64,000 nucleotides of DNA from an uncultured Gammaproteobacteria bacterium (GCA_963760355.1 CAVXCT010000034.1:1311-65310); one strand, 5' to 3'. Shown: positions 52,577-63,583, numbered from the stretch's first letter. Program-made: numbers and translations. The notes: a model not told the origin generated them from the sequence alone.

Positions 52577-54820
52577 TCAAGCGTATTTATTCTCTAACAA
52601 GACTTTCTTTTTATTTTGAGAGTGGTATTTAGCATAGTATTTTGCATTAGCACTTGGGTTTTTAGCGTTAATTAATAAAAAACCAGATACATTATTCTTG
52701 ACTCGTCTCAACTGTCCCAATACATTTTTTATTGACCGTGCATCCAAGTTATCTTCTTGAGCAACTATCAGTGTGGAAGTTGCAAGTGAAGATAAAACTA
52801 GTGTATCTGCAAAGCCTGTAATAGGTGGAGCATCAATAATGACGTAATCGAATATACTGGATCCTTGTGTTGTTAAATAAGACATTCTTTCATGGCTTAA
52901 TAGACTTACCGGGTCTAATTCATAATTTCCTGCTGTAATGGCATATAAACCAGGAATACTTTTTACAGGTTGAGTAATACCGACAAGATCGCTTTCACCT
53001 TTTAAGTAATGGCTTAAACCTCTCTTATTATTGATATCTAGTTTTTTATGAAGTGACGCATGTCTGATGTCAGCATCTACAAGTAGTACTTTTTTTCCCA
53101 TCTGAGCGTATGAGGAAGCTATGTTAACAGCTGAGGTACTTTTACCTTCACCTGTATTAATACTAGTGATCAGCATTATATGCTCATCTTCATTTTTGAA
53201 CATCAAACGAACATTAGTAGCGAGTATTCTATAGGCTTCCGCTGCCGGAGAGTGTGGTATTTTATGTGTAATAAAATCTAATTGCTTTTTCATCGAAGAC
53301 TTTGTTATTCGAGGAATCATACCCAGCACAGGTAAACCAGTTAACTTTTCTAAATCATCAGAAGACTTAATACTTTGATCCAAAGATTCACGTATAAAAG
53401 CAAATACCAAGCCAAGGATTAATCCAGATAATAACCCTAAAAGTATATTCATTTTAGGTTTTGGACGATATTTGTTTACAGGTATTACGGCGGGTTCTAC
53501 TATGCTGATGCTGCTAGTATTAGCAGCAGATGCTACGCTTACTTCTTCTAAACGTTGTAATAGGCTATTGTATACTTTACTGCTGCTTTCAACTTCTCGT
53601 TTTAGATTATTGTAATCAACGCCACTGTCTTGCAAATTACGCATGGTGGTATTGAATTGTCCTAGCTCGGTTCTAATTTTATCTTCTTGTCGTTTCGCTG
53701 CTTTATAATCAGCTTGCATCGAACGCTGAATATTGACCATTTCTTTCTGTAATTTACCTCTAGCAGAATTAATTTGCTGTTGTAAACGTTTCATATCAGG
53801 ATAATTAGGCTTAAATGTTTTAAGCATTTCCTGATAATCGCCTTCTAACTGTACTAGTCTTGCTTTAAGACTGGTGATAACAGGGTTGGTTAAAACGGTT
53901 GAAACACTTCCTGCTTTTTTCATTTGCAGGTATAAACTTTCAGCTTCAATGCGACGTATTTCAGCTTGAACCAATGCGTTATCTAGGTTTTCTAATTTTT
54001 TAACTTGTCTAGTTTGTTTTTCATCAACACCCAATATTCCATTCTTATTGGCATATTTAACCAGTGTCCCTTCTGATGAACGTAAACGCTCTCCAGCATC
54101 TTCTAATTGCTTAGCTAAAAATTCTTTAGCGTATTCTCCCGTTTCGCTAGTAGTTTCAATCTGTAGTTTGATAAAATTATCAAGTAAGCTGCTAACCACA
54201 GCTTTAGCTTCACTAGGGGTGGGCGCTTCATAAAACACTTCTACTAAATGTGTACCAGCAATTGGTTGAACAAAAAGATTTTTTAAGAAAATCGCCGTAT
54301 AGTCTGGAGTTGGCTTTGGTACTAATTTATTAATTTTATCTCCAAGACCAACAGTTTTCATTATATTCGATAGAGACAACATTGACTCTTTAGTTTGCTT
54401 GGGAACTAAACTTTCTTTTAGGTTAAGTTCATCAATAACTCGTTGTGAAATAACGCGACCACGTAACATTTCATAGCGGGTTCTGAAAAAAGGATCATTT
54501 TCTGAATAGCCAGTACTTGACTGTTGTGTTCTTCCAAAATTAACTATTTCAGCTCCTTCCCTTTCAATCTGGATTATCGCATTTGCGCGATAACTAGGCT
54601 TTATGGAAAATGTATATAAAAGTGCTATTGCTAAAGCAGATAAAAGTGTTAACAAAATTGTAAATTTACGACGACTAAGAATTCCAAAGATATCACGCAT
54701 AGACATTTCTTTTGGTGTATCTAAAATTGGAGTAGCATGCTGTATAACAGGTGTTGCTAATAATCTGCCATCAATTGGCTGAAGAAGTGTGTTATTCGTC
54801 TGCTTTGTAAGAACTGACAT
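52577..54820 (-). CDS. Wzc/GumC-type polysaccharide co-polymerase with BY-kinase domain
   Basis: Two TMs flanking a coiled coil, P.P motif, AEAYRIL, GEGKST, VDADIR, IIDAPP, terminal Tyr residues. Confidence 0.9.
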   Translation of the reverse strand: MSVLTKQTNNTLLQPIDGRLLATPVIQHATPILDTPKEMSMRDIFGILSRRKFTILLTLLSALAIALLYTFSIKPSYRANAIIQIEREGAEIVNFGRTQQSSTGYSENDPFFRTRYEMLRGRVISQRVIDELNLKESLVPKQTKESMLSLSNIMKTVGLGDKINKLVPKPTPDYTAIFLKNLFVQPIAGTHLVEVFYEAPTPSEAKAVVSSLLDNFIKLQIETTSETGEYAKEFLAKQLEDAGERLRSSEGTLVKYANKNGILGVDEKQTRQVKKLENLDNALVQAEIRRIEAESLYLQMKKAGSVSTVLTNPVITSLKARLVQLEGDYQEMLKTFKPNYPDMKRLQQQINSARGKLQKEMVNIQRSMQADYKAAKRQEDKIRTELGQFNTTMRNLQDSGVDYNNLKREVESSSKVYNSLLQRLEEVSVASAANTSSISIVEPAVIPVNKYRPKPKMNILLGLLSGLILGLVFAFIRESLDQSIKSSDDLEKLTGLPVLGMIPRITKSSMKKQLDFITHKIPHSPAAEAYRILATNVRLMFKNEDEHIMLITSINTGEGKSTSAVNIASSYAQMGKKVLLVDADIRHASLHKKLDINNKRGLSHYLKGESDLVGITQPVKSIPGLYAITAGNYELDPVSLLSHERMSYLTTQGSSIFDYVIIDAPPITGFADTLVLSSLATSTLIVAQEDNLDARSIKNVLGQLRRVKNNVSGFLLINAKNPSANAKYYAKYHSQNKKKVLLENKYA

Positions 54821-55253
54821 AAAATGTTAACCTTAAATTTGAAATTATTATTGCGTCTACAATGGAATTAAACATTGTCAATACGCTTTTAGACTTGATT
54901 GCATTTTAAATGAAATATCTACAATTCTAAACAATTGTCATCTATTCGTAATTGATTACTGGATGAATGGGTTTTTTTTAATCTTTCCATCTGTAAATTT
55001 TTGAATATATTAATTATTTAGCGACAAATAAGCTCCTCTAAAAAGCCATAGAAAAAACCAATTATCTACAATCTTATACACTTTGTACGTTAGATACCTG
55101 AATACTATTTTTTTGAGATTTTATTTTAGGTATAACATGCCTGTACTATAAATTGGAAAGGAATCCAGAATGCGTTCAGGCTACAATTCAAACCCCAATA
55201 ATCTAATAATAAATCGATACATATTTAATTCATTAAGAAACTACGTAACAGCG

Positions 55254-55640
55254 ATGTCAGCTTATTTACTCGTTTTACCTTTTTTATTTATAGCGTTTAG
55301 TTCATCAAGTGCAATGGAGTTTAACCAAGCTTCAGGGTATGGAACTATTATTGGAAAAGTGTTTAATGATGCAAATAACAATGGCATCCAAGACGTAAAT
55401 GAATACGGTATACCGGGTATACGTTTAGTGACAGTGTCAGGATTAATTATAGAAACGGACGGTTATGGGAGGTATAACATTCCTGACAATAATATTTCTA
55501 TAAAACAATCCAATAATTTCATTCTTAAAATAGATGTGGCTAGCCTACCTATTGGGTCAAAAGTTCAATCTGAAAACCCTAGGTTGATTCGACTTTCAAA
55601 AGGATCAATGAATAAAATCAATTTTGCGATTACCTATTAA
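55254..55640 (+). CDS. Small secreted protein with a single SdrD-B/Cna-B-like domain
   Basis: Signal peptide then IIGKVFNDANNNGIQD..E.GIPGIRL...TDGYGRY...ENPR; start placed at MSAYLL. Confidence 0.7.
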   Translation: MSAYLLVLPFLFIAFSSSSAMEFNQASGYGTIIGKVFNDANNNGIQDVNEYGIPGIRLVTVSGLIIETDGYGRYNIPDNNISIKQSNNFILKIDVASLPIGSKVQSENPRLIRLSKGSMNKINFAITY

Positions 55641-55673
55641 CAAGATATATCACTTAAACAATTATATAAAAAA

Positions 55674-55712
55674 GGAGGTGTATATACACCCCCGTACTTT
55701 TAAGCTGTTTTT
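55674..55712. repeat. Minimal REP-like doublet
   Basis: ggaggtgtat/atacaccccc hairpin followed by gtacttttaagctgttttt; between convergent genes. Confidence 0.65.
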
Positions 55713-55767
55713 AAAATTAATTTTAAAATCTTAAGTTAGATTACTAAGCCTTATTAATGATACTAAT

Positions 55768-56952
55768 TTAAAGCTCCAAGAACAGACTAGCTGGATCTTC
55801 CAACAACTCTTTGATCTTAACTAGGAAGCTAACAGCAGCCTGACCGTCTATTAAACGATGATCATAAGAAAGTGCCAAATACATCATCGGACGAATCTCA
55901 ACTTCACCATTAACCGCCATAGGACGCTGCTGGATATTGTGCATTCCTAGAATAGCGCTTTGTGGTGGGTTTAAGATTGGTGTCGATAGCATCGAGCCAA
56001 AAGTACCACCATTGGTGATGGAGAAGGTTCCACCAGTTAGTTCATTAAGTTCTAGATGACCGCTACGCGCACGAGTCGCATAGTCAGCAATTGCCTTTTC
56101 AATATCTGCATGCCCCATTCCATCGGTGTTTCTAATAATTGGAACAACAAGACCACGTTCAGATGATACGGCTACTCCAATGTCGTAAAATCCTTGGTAG
56201 ATAATATCCCCATCATCAATTCGGGCATTGACTTCAGGATAACGCTTTAACGCTTCTGTAGCTGCTTTAATGAAAAAAGACATGAATCCAAGTTTAATAT
56301 CGTGAACCTTAGTAAAACGATCTTGGTACTTTTTACGCAATCGCATAACTTCAGTTAAATCAACTTCGTTAAACGTAGTTAAGATTGCAGCCGTTTGTTG
56401 AGCACTTAATAGGCGCTCAGCAATCTTTGCACGTAACCGAGTCATTGGGACACGGCGTTCTTCACGACCTTCTGTGTTCAGCATAGTTTCAATTGCAGGA
56501 GTAGCCTTGGCGGCTGTTGCTGCAGCGGCAGGTTTCTGCAGATGGCTTTCGACATCACCTTTTAGAATACGTCCATGTTTACCACTACCAGCAATATCTG
56601 AGCCTGAAAGATCATTTTCTGCCATGGTTTTTCTCACAGATGGACTAGCATTTGCTGAGTCGCCTGTTGCTTCGCTACTTGCTTCTTCCGCTTCAGCAGC
56701 AGGTGCAGCGGTTGCTGTTTCATCTAAAATACCAAGAAGATCACCTGCTAAGACGATGTCGCCCTCTTTTACTTTTAATTCAACGATAACTCCTGAAGCT
56801 GGTGCGGGAACTTCCAACACAACTTTATCCGTTTCTAGTTCTAAAAGGTTTTGGTCTTCTGTTACTGAATCCCCAGCTTTTACAACCCATGCAGCAATAC
56901 TAGCGTCACTAACTGACTCTGGTAATTGTGGTACGCGTATTTCTATAGTCAT
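55768..56952 (-). CDS. sucB: 2-oxoglutarate dehydrogenase E2
   Basis: [14 protein letters not shown] lipoyl motif, [12 protein letters not shown]. Confidence 0.97.
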   Translation of the reverse strand: MTIEIRVPQLPESVSDASIAAWVVKAGDSVTEDQNLLELETDKVVLEVPAPASGVIVELKVKEGDIVLAGDLLGILDETATAAPAAEAEEASSEATGDSANASPSVRKTMAENDLSGSDIAGSGKHGRILKGDVESHLQKPAAAATAAKATPAIETMLNTEGREERRVPMTRLRAKIAERLLSAQQTAAILTTFNEVDLTEVMRLRKKYQDRFTKVHDIKLGFMSFFIKAATEALKRYPEVNARIDDGDIIYQGFYDIGVAVSSERGLVVPIIRNTDGMGHADIEKAIADYATRARSGHLELNELTGGTFSITNGGTFGSMLSTPILNPPQSAILGMHNIQQRPMAVNGEVEIRPMMYLALSYDHRLIDGQAAVSFLVKIKELLEDPASLFLEL

Positions 56953-59801
56953 TATTTGGTCTCTATTTTAAGTGCTTGTTTTACTAAATCGTTTTGTTGT
57001 TGAAGGTGAATTTTGTATGATCCTACTGCTGGTGCTGCTGAGCTTGGTCTGCTCACACAAATTACTTCATAATCATCTTCAAACTTTCTGAATCGATGTT
57101 TTGCGCTATCCCATGCACCTTGGTTGCGAGGTTCTTCCTGACACCAAACTAACTCTTTCAAATTTGGATAAGATTCTAAGATCTTCTTCAAGAGCTTCTC
57201 AGGATGTGGATAGAGTTGCTCTAACCTGATCAATGGAATATTTTTTATTTTTTCTTCATCAGATTTAGCTAAAAGATCGTAATAAACCTTACCGCTACAC
57301 ATAACAATTCGTTCAACGACATGTTTGGATTTTGCAAATCTTGCGTCATCTATAATGGTTTTAAAGTTACCTTCTGAGAGTTCTTCCATGCTGCTAACAG
57401 CTGCCGGATTTCGTAATAAGCTTTTAGGTGTCATTACAATCAATGGACGACGATATGGTCTTATCATTTGACGTCTTAGCATGTGGAAAGTTTGTGCCGG
57501 AGTACTAGGTACACAGACTTGCATATTATTCTCAGCACAAAGTTGCATAAAACGTTCAAGACGAGCAGATGAATGCTCTGCACCCATACCCTCATATCCA
57601 TGTGGCAAAAACATAACTAAGCCACATAAACGTCCCCATTTTTGCTCTCCAGAGCTTATGAACTGATCAATCACTACCTGTGCGCCGTTAACGAAGTCAC
57701 CGAATTGTGCTTCCCATATATTCAAAGTATTTGGCGATGTTGTTGCGAAACCATATTCAAATGCGAGAACTGCTTCTTCGGAAAGAACAGAGTCTATTAC
57801 TGTGAAACGGCCTTGTTTGTCGCTAACATGTTTTAAAGGGACCCATGCTTGTCTTTTTTCCTGATTATGCAGCACTGCGTGACGATGCGAGAAGGTGCCA
57901 CGACCACTATCCTGACCACTGATACGAATATCATAACCTTCGCTTAAAAGTGTTGCGTATGCGAGTGTTTCACCCATACCCCAATCAACAGGTCGTTTGC
58001 CTTGTGCCATTTCATCGCGTTGATCCAGAATTTTTTTGATTTGGCGATGAATAACCATATGCTCAGGGACATTATGGAAACGTTTCACCATTTTTTGCAT
58101 TGTGTTTAAGTCGAAATGTGTGTCTGCTTTTGCGGTCCACTCTCTTCCAAGATAAGATTGCCAATTAACAATAAGATGTGGAGCAATACTGCTGTAACTG
58201 AGAGTTTCAACGGCCGGTTTACCTGCTGCTAATTTATCTTTATAAGCCTGAATACGCCCGGCAGCTTGTTTTTCTGACAATAAGCCTTCTTTAACCAATC
58301 TAGCAGCGTAAATTTCCAGGGTGGTTTTCTTACTACGAATTGCTGAATACATGACTGGCTGAGTCATTGCAGGCTCATCAGCCTCATTATGACCGTGACG
58401 ACGGTAGCAAACCAAATCAATAACAACGTCTTTGTTAAACTGTAAACGATAATCAAGAGCCACCTGAGCTGCATATGCAACTGCTTCTGGATCATCACCA
58501 TTAACGTGAAGGATTGGTGCATTAACCATTTTTGCAACGTCAGTTGCATAATAAGTACTTCGACTATCAAATTGTTGACTAGTAGTAAAACCAATCTGGT
58601 TGTTTACAACAATATGAATCGTTCCATCAATGGTATATCCTCGGGTTTGAGACATATTAAATGACTCCATAACCACACCTTGACCAGCAAACGCAGCATC
58701 TCCATGGATAATGACCGAAATAACTTTGCCATTATAATCCTCTTCACGTTTTGATCTACGTTCTTGTCTAGCTCTAACTGAACCACAGGCAACAGGTGAT
58801 ACGATTTCCAGGTGAGAAGGGTTAAAAGCCAAGGTCAAATGCATTGGGTCTTTGCTGGTTTGAATATCACATGAGAATCCTTTGTGATACTTAACGTCTC
58901 CCGCTGAAAGCTCATCAACATTCTTGCCTTCGAACTCACTAAATAAATCATCAGGAGATTTACCCATGACATTAATCAGTACATTTAAGCGACCACGATG
59001 TGCCATAGCTAAAACGATTTCGCGTGTATTTTGCTCGGCAGAATGATGAATTAATTCATTCAGCATCGGTATTAAAGATTCGCCTCCTTCCAGTGAAAAG
59101 CGTTTTTGACCTACATATTTTTTATGCAGATAACGCTCAAGTGTTTCAGATGCTACTAGATCATCCAATAATTCACTTTTCTTGTCATTATCAAAATCTG
59201 GACGGGCCTGACAAGGTTCTATTCTACTTTGAAGCCAGCGTTTTTCTTCTGTATCCAGAATATGCATATACTCGATACCAATACTTTCGGTATAAGTATA
59301 CCTTAATGCACGAAAAATATTATCGAGTGTCGGCTTTTCAGTCATCTGGAAACTACCAGGATCGAATACCATGTTTTTATCTACTTTATCTAAACCATAG
59401 TTCTGTAAAGTAAGCTCAGGAAGATTAGGTAAAACCTCTTCTCCTCTGAGTGGATTAGTATAAGCCACAAGATGGCCTAAAGATCGATAACTGTTAATGA
59501 GCTGGAGTACATGAACTTGCTGACGTTCTATTTCTATTTCACCATAACTTTCAGGAACTGCTGTGTGAAACGTATGAAGTTTTTGTGTACTGAATTGCTC
59601 ACGCATCACTGAATGCGTCGAACCATTGGCAAAATCTGCTGGTACTGGTAAATCAGAAAAGTAACTTTGCCATCCTTCGCTTACAGAGCTTGGATCTTTT
59701 AAATAACTCTCAAAGAGCATTTCAAGATAAGCCGCGTTATCCCCATCGAATAGTGTTTCTTGTTGTGTGTTGTTATTATTATTTTGTACGTTTTCTGTCA
59801 T
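56952..59801 (-). CDS. sucA: 2-oxoglutarate dehydrogenase E1
   Basis: [44 protein letters not shown]. Confidence 0.97.
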   Translation of the reverse strand: MTENVQNNNNNTQQETLFDGDNAAYLEMLFESYLKDPSSVSEGWQSYFSDLPVPADFANGSTHSVMREQFSTQKLHTFHTAVPESYGEIEIERQQVHVLQLINSYRSLGHLVAYTNPLRGEEVLPNLPELTLQNYGLDKVDKNMVFDPGSFQMTEKPTLDNIFRALRYTYTESIGIEYMHILDTEEKRWLQSRIEPCQARPDFDNDKKSELLDDLVASETLERYLHKKYVGQKRFSLEGGESLIPMLNELIHHSAEQNTREIVLAMAHRGRLNVLINVMGKSPDDLFSEFEGKNVDELSAGDVKYHKGFSCDIQTSKDPMHLTLAFNPSHLEIVSPVACGSVRARQERRSKREEDYNGKVISVIIHGDAAFAGQGVVMESFNMSQTRGYTIDGTIHIVVNNQIGFTTSQQFDSRSTYYATDVAKMVNAPILHVNGDDPEAVAYAAQVALDYRLQFNKDVVIDLVCYRRHGHNEADEPAMTQPVMYSAIRSKKTTLEIYAARLVKEGLLSEKQAAGRIQAYKDKLAAGKPAVETLSYSSIAPHLIVNWQSYLGREWTAKADTHFDLNTMQKMVKRFHNVPEHMVIHRQIKKILDQRDEMAQGKRPVDWGMGETLAYATLLSEGYDIRISGQDSGRGTFSHRHAVLHNQEKRQAWVPLKHVSDKQGRFTVIDSVLSEEAVLAFEYGFATTSPNTLNIWEAQFGDFVNGAQVVIDQFISSGEQKWGRLCGLVMFLPHGYEGMGAEHSSARLERFMQLCAENNMQVCVPSTPAQTFHMLRRQMIRPYRRPLIVMTPKSLLRNPAAVSSMEELSEGNFKTIIDDARFAKSKHVVERIVMCSGKVYYDLLAKSDEEKIKNIPLIRLEQLYPHPEKLLKKILESYPNLKELVWCQEEPRNQGAWDSAKHRFRKFEDDYEVICVSRPSSAAPAVGSYKIHLQQQNDLVKQALKIETK

Positions 59802-60087
59802 TTCTATAAATTCCTAGTTGAGGCCGTATGCCTATACCGTTTTTAGTTTGCTTAGGCAGAAGTGTCAAGCCAGAGCCACTAAGTTCATCAATTAAATTTA
59901 AATACAGATGATTAAATGTTCATAAATTAATAACAGTATTAATATGATTAATAATACACCACCCTATTTACAGCGTATTTGTTAACTGTTTATTAGTAAT
60001 TAAAACCACAATTTCGGACAATTACCTGTATCTCTTTTCAATAAACAATATACTACTGAGCCTGATAAATAGTCATAAAATTTAGCA

Positions 60088-61284
60088 ATGAATCCTAATC
60101 TAAACAAACTACACCCCTATCCTTTTCAAAAAATAGCAAAGCTATATGAGGATGTGCAACCAGCTAATAAATCACTGGTATCCTTTGCAATTGGCGAACC
60201 AAAACATAAAACGCCCGAAATCATTCTAGATGCCTTACAGCAAAATTTAGCGGGGTTTTCCAATTATCCATTAACTGCAGGATCTGTTGAACTAAGAGAA
60301 TCAATTAAAAACTGGTTGATCCAACGCTTTCATCTAGAACAAGGCAATATAAGTGAAGACAAACATATTATTCCGGTGAATGGAACGCGTGAGGCTTTAT
60401 TCGCATTTGCGCAAGCAGTGGTTGATACCACTAAAACCAATTCTTCTATTTTAATGCCAAATCCATTTTATCAAATCTATGAAGGAGCTGCATTTCTAGC
60501 CGGGGCTGAACCTGTTTTTCTGGCTTGTACTGAGGATACCAATTTCTCTCCTGATTTTGATGACGTTACCCCAGCGCAATGGGATGACTGTCAGTTATTA
60601 TATTTGTGTAGTCCGGGTAATCCGACCGGATCTGTTGTAGATGCTGAACAGATAGAACGATTACTAGTTCTAGCAGAAAAGCATGATTTTATTATCGCCA
60701 GTGATGAATGTTATTCAGAAATCTATTTTGATGAATCCAAACCACCTGTTGGACTGTTAGAAGTTGCAGCCAAAACAGGTAATCACGATTTTAAACGTTG
60801 TGTGGTTTTTCATAGCCTCTCTAAACGGTCAAATGCACCTGGCTTACGTTCTGGTTTTGTCGCAGGTGATTCTGAGATACTAAAGAAGTTTTTGTTATAT
60901 CGTACCTATCATGGCTGTGCAATGTCGCAACCAATTCAGATGGCCAGCATTGCTGCGTGGAATGATGAAGAACACGTAAAACAAAACAGAGACCAGTACC
61001 GTCTAAAATTTGATGCGGTACTGGATGTTCTTAATGACGTGCTAGAGGTAGATAAACCAGAAGCTGGTTTTTACTTATGGCCAAATGTAAAAATGAATGA
61101 CGAAATTTTTACGCGTGCTATCTACGCTCAACAAAATCTTAAAGTCGTCCCGGGGAGTTATTTAGCAAGAAAAGTGGATGGTATCAACCCAGGAGAAAAT
61201 AGAATTCGCATGGCTTTAGTTGCAACGGTTGAGGAGTGTATTGAAGGTGCGGAACGTATGCGAAAATTTATCAAATCGAATTAA
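60088..61284 (+). CDS. dapC: Succinyldiaminopimelate transaminase
   Basis: LHPYPFQK, IGEPKH, GTREALF, CSPGNPTG, SLSKRSNAPGLRSG. Confidence 0.92.
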   Translation: MNPNLNKLHPYPFQKIAKLYEDVQPANKSLVSFAIGEPKHKTPEIILDALQQNLAGFSNYPLTAGSVELRESIKNWLIQRFHLEQGNISEDKHIIPVNGTREALFAFAQAVVDTTKTNSSILMPNPFYQIYEGAAFLAGAEPVFLACTEDTNFSPDFDDVTPAQWDDCQLLYLCSPGNPTGSVVDAEQIERLLVLAEKHDFIIASDECYSEIYFDESKPPVGLLEVAAKTGNHDFKRCVVFHSLSKRSNAPGLRSGFVAGDSEILKKFLLYRTYHGCAMSQPIQMASIAAWNDEEHVKQNRDQYRLKFDAVLDVLNDVLEVDKPEAGFYLWPNVKMNDEIFTRAIYAQQNLKVVPGSYLARKVDGINPGENRIRMALVATVEECIEGAERMRKFIKSN

Positions 61285-61377
61285 AGAATTTATATAATAT
61301 TCAGAAATAATAAAGCGCTCAAAAATTAGCACTTTTTTATTTACAGGAGAATGAATCATTCAGTTTGATAGAAAAAT

Positions 61378-61471
61378 CACCCCCCTACTTATTACGTGTT
61401 TTTAACTTAAATTAATGAAAACACGCCCTTCGGGTTATTGTCTCGCCAAAAGGCTCGACTGGCTATTTTTT
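61378..61471 (+). repeat. REP-like arm plus shortened module C
   Basis: cacccccctactt, cgtgtttt/aaaacacg stem, cccttcgggt, ..., ctggctatttttt; between convergent dapC and dapD. Confidence 0.85.
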
Positions 61472-61482
61472 ATCGTTACTTA

Positions 61483-62382
61483 TTAATCGTTGCTATGCAG
61501 ACTGCTGTTTAAACCACCCCAGACTGAAGAGTCACTGGTAATTGCTTCTACTGCACCTGTTTGACTGTGTCTTCTAAATAACAAACCTGACTGACCTGAT
61601 AGTTCACGTGCCGATACAATATTCCCATCAGGTGTTTTAACTTTTGTGCCGGCAGTTAAATAAAGGCCAGACTCCACAATGCAGTCATCACCCAAAGATA
61701 TGCCAAGACCCGCATTTGCACCTAATAGGTTTCTTTTACCCATTGATACTACTTGCTTACCACCACCAGATAAGGTTCCCATGATAGAAGCACCGCCACC
61801 TATGTCAGAATTTTCACCCACGATAACACCCGCGCTAATACGGCCTTCCACCATTGAATCACCCAATGTTCCGGCATTAAAGTTTACGAAACCTTCATGC
61901 ATTACGGTAGTGCCTGAGGCTAAATGTGCACCCAGGCGAATACGGTCAGCGTTACCGATACGAACGCCTTCTGGGATTACGTAGTCTGTCATGCGTGGGA
62001 ATTTGTCGATTGAGGTTACATTTAATTGGTGATTTTCATCGGCGATCAAACTACGTAGTTTTTCAACTTCACCCGGTAATACAGGTCCTGCTGAGGTCCA
62101 GGCTACATTAGCCAATAAACCGAAAACCCCATTCAAGTTTAAACTATTTGGCTTGACTTCGCATTCAGATAACAAATGTAAACGTAAATAGGCTTCTTCG
62201 ACTGATTCAGGAGCATCGTCTAGAGATTCTATTTCAACTTCAACAAAATCACTTTTTAACATGCCAACTTTTAATGCCAGGCAGCTTCTTGCGATTTCTT
62301 TATTGGAACGCGGAAACCAGGTATCTATAGTTTTGCCGCTAGATGCATCAGTATATCGATGCCCTATTCGTTTAATTGTCAT
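61483..62382 (-). CDS. dapD: Tetrahydrodipicolinate N-succinyltransferase
   Basis: AYLRLHLLS, DKFPRM, RLGAHLASGTTVMHEGFVNFNAGT, GLYLTAG. Confidence 0.93.
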   Translation of the reverse strand: MTIKRIGHRYTDASSGKTIDTWFPRSNKEIARSCLALKVGMLKSDFVEVEIESLDDAPESVEEAYLRLHLLSECEVKPNSLNLNGVFGLLANVAWTSAGPVLPGEVEKLRSLIADENHQLNVTSIDKFPRMTDYVIPEGVRIGNADRIRLGAHLASGTTVMHEGFVNFNAGTLGDSMVEGRISAGVIVGENSDIGGGASIMGTLSGGGKQVVSMGKRNLLGANAGLGISLGDDCIVESGLYLTAGTKVKTPDGNIVSARELSGQSGLLFRRHSQTGAVEAITSDSSVWGGLNSSLHSND

Positions 62383-62542
62383 ATGTATCTCACTAAGCTT
62401 GAAATGTTGTTAAAAAATAATAGCAGGGAAGTATACAGATTCTTAGGTTCAACGTGGATAGTTTTGCATAAAATCTCTGGTTTAAATCATTACTCTGATA
62501 AACTTTGAGCTTATTTTCACCGTGATTAAAAGAGATAAATTA

Positions 62543-62824
62543 ATGTTGAACGTAAATGAATATTTTGAAGGAAAAGTTAAATCAATTGCCTATCAAACAG
62601 AAACACTACCCGCTTCTGTAGGCGTAATGTCAATCGGTGAGTATGTTTTCAATACTGCTGATAAGGAAACGATGATTGTAATTACAGGAGCGTTAGAAAT
62701 AACATTTAAAGATGCGGCTGAATCACAAACATTTAAAGCGGGTGAATCTTTCGATGTCGAGGCAAACAGTTCTTTTGATGTGGTAGTCAAGCAAGAAACG
62801 GCTTATCTTTGTACTTATGGTTGA
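62543..62824 (+). CDS. ppnP: Pyrimidine/purine nucleoside phosphorylase (DUF1255)
   Basis: NVNEYFEGKVKSI, SVGVM..GEY.F.T, F.V.ANSSF, AYLCTY. Confidence 0.92.
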   Translation: MLNVNEYFEGKVKSIAYQTETLPASVGVMSIGEYVFNTADKETMIVITGALEITFKDAAESQTFKAGESFDVEANSSFDVVVKQETAYLCTYG

Positions 62825-62853
62825 AAAAGTGGCTATAAGTAGGGGGGTGTCAA
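62824..62853 (-). repeat. REP-like arm
   Basis: aaaaagtggctataagtaggggggtgtcaa directly after the ppnP stop. Confidence 0.85.
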
Positions 62854-62878
62854 TTTATTATTAAGAACATTGGAAATA

Positions 62879-63478
62879 CTAACCATGCTTAATCAAACAA
62901 CCTCTTTCACCCACTTCATCATGATAGATATGAAGTCGGGAGAAGCACGCATAATCGACATTGAGTCGAAACAGATTCTCATCCTGGATACCTAAAATAT
63001 ACATGATGATCAATCGGATTGGGCCGGTATCACTGATAAAAAGAATGCGTTTTCCCTGGTTATTTTCAACAGTTTTCTTGAAATGGCCCAATACACGCGC
63101 TTGAAATTGGTGAAAGTCTTCTCCTTCAGGGGGTGCCTTTTTGGTCGGTGATTGCCACCATGCATTGAGAAGTTCACCTTCCTCTTGCATGATTTCTTCT
63201 GGGCACATACCTTCCCAGTGTCCAAAATCCATTTCATTAATACTTTTATCGACTTCTAAATCAATATCGTCTTCTTTGGCAATTAATTCTGCGAATTCCT
63301 CACAGCGTTCTAATGACGCAGATACAACTAAATCCCAGTCTCCTTTGTTTTCAAGTGACTTAACCATTTGTTGCCAGCCATTATCGGTAAGCACATCGTT
63401 GGTACTGCCGCAAAAAACTGCATCATTTTCAACTTCACCGTGTCGAAGTAAATCTATTATTGTTGTTGTAGATGTCAT
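62879..63478 (-). CDS. Histidine phosphatase family protein (CobC-like)
   Basis: LLRHGE, FCGSTNDVL, S.L.RC, EMDFGHWEG; the second His position reads Asp. Confidence 0.85.
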   Translation of the reverse strand: MTSTTTIIDLLRHGEVENDAVFCGSTNDVLTDNGWQQMVKSLENKGDWDLVVSASLERCEEFAELIAKEDDIDLEVDKSINEMDFGHWEGMCPEEIMQEEGELLNAWWQSPTKKAPPEGEDFHQFQARVLGHFKKTVENNQGKRILFISDTGPIRLIIMYILGIQDENLFRLNVDYACFSRLHIYHDEVGERGCLIKHG

Positions 63479-63583
63479 TAATTAAAGCCTGTTAAATAAG
63501 TCAAAGATACGTTTTGTATCTCTAACTATTTTTAAGAAAAAGCGTAAACGCTATTTGATTATTTAAAAGACTCATTTTATTGT

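Noticed and set aside
59840-59868. Sigma70 promoter or structured leader for sucA (perfect TTGACA on the minus strand)
   Set aside because: The hexamer at 17-bp spacing is TAAAAA, lacking the final T; insufficient without transcription data.
59957-59980. Possible extra repeat arm (caccaccctatttacagcg); similar weak case at ~38685-38702
   Set aside because: Too degenerate: the GTAG/CTAC core is lost, so not counted.
2558-62854. Repeat family read as a CRISPR array
   Set aside because: Copies are dispersed singly in intergenic gaps, not arrayed with regular spacers, and no cas genes are present.
1405-63485. Many ORF-track entries antisense to or nested in real genes (e.g. 1405-1773, 7576-7989, 34083-34559, 56474-56971, 59024-59413)
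   Set aside because: Shadow frames of well-supported genes with no recognisable motifs or independent signals.
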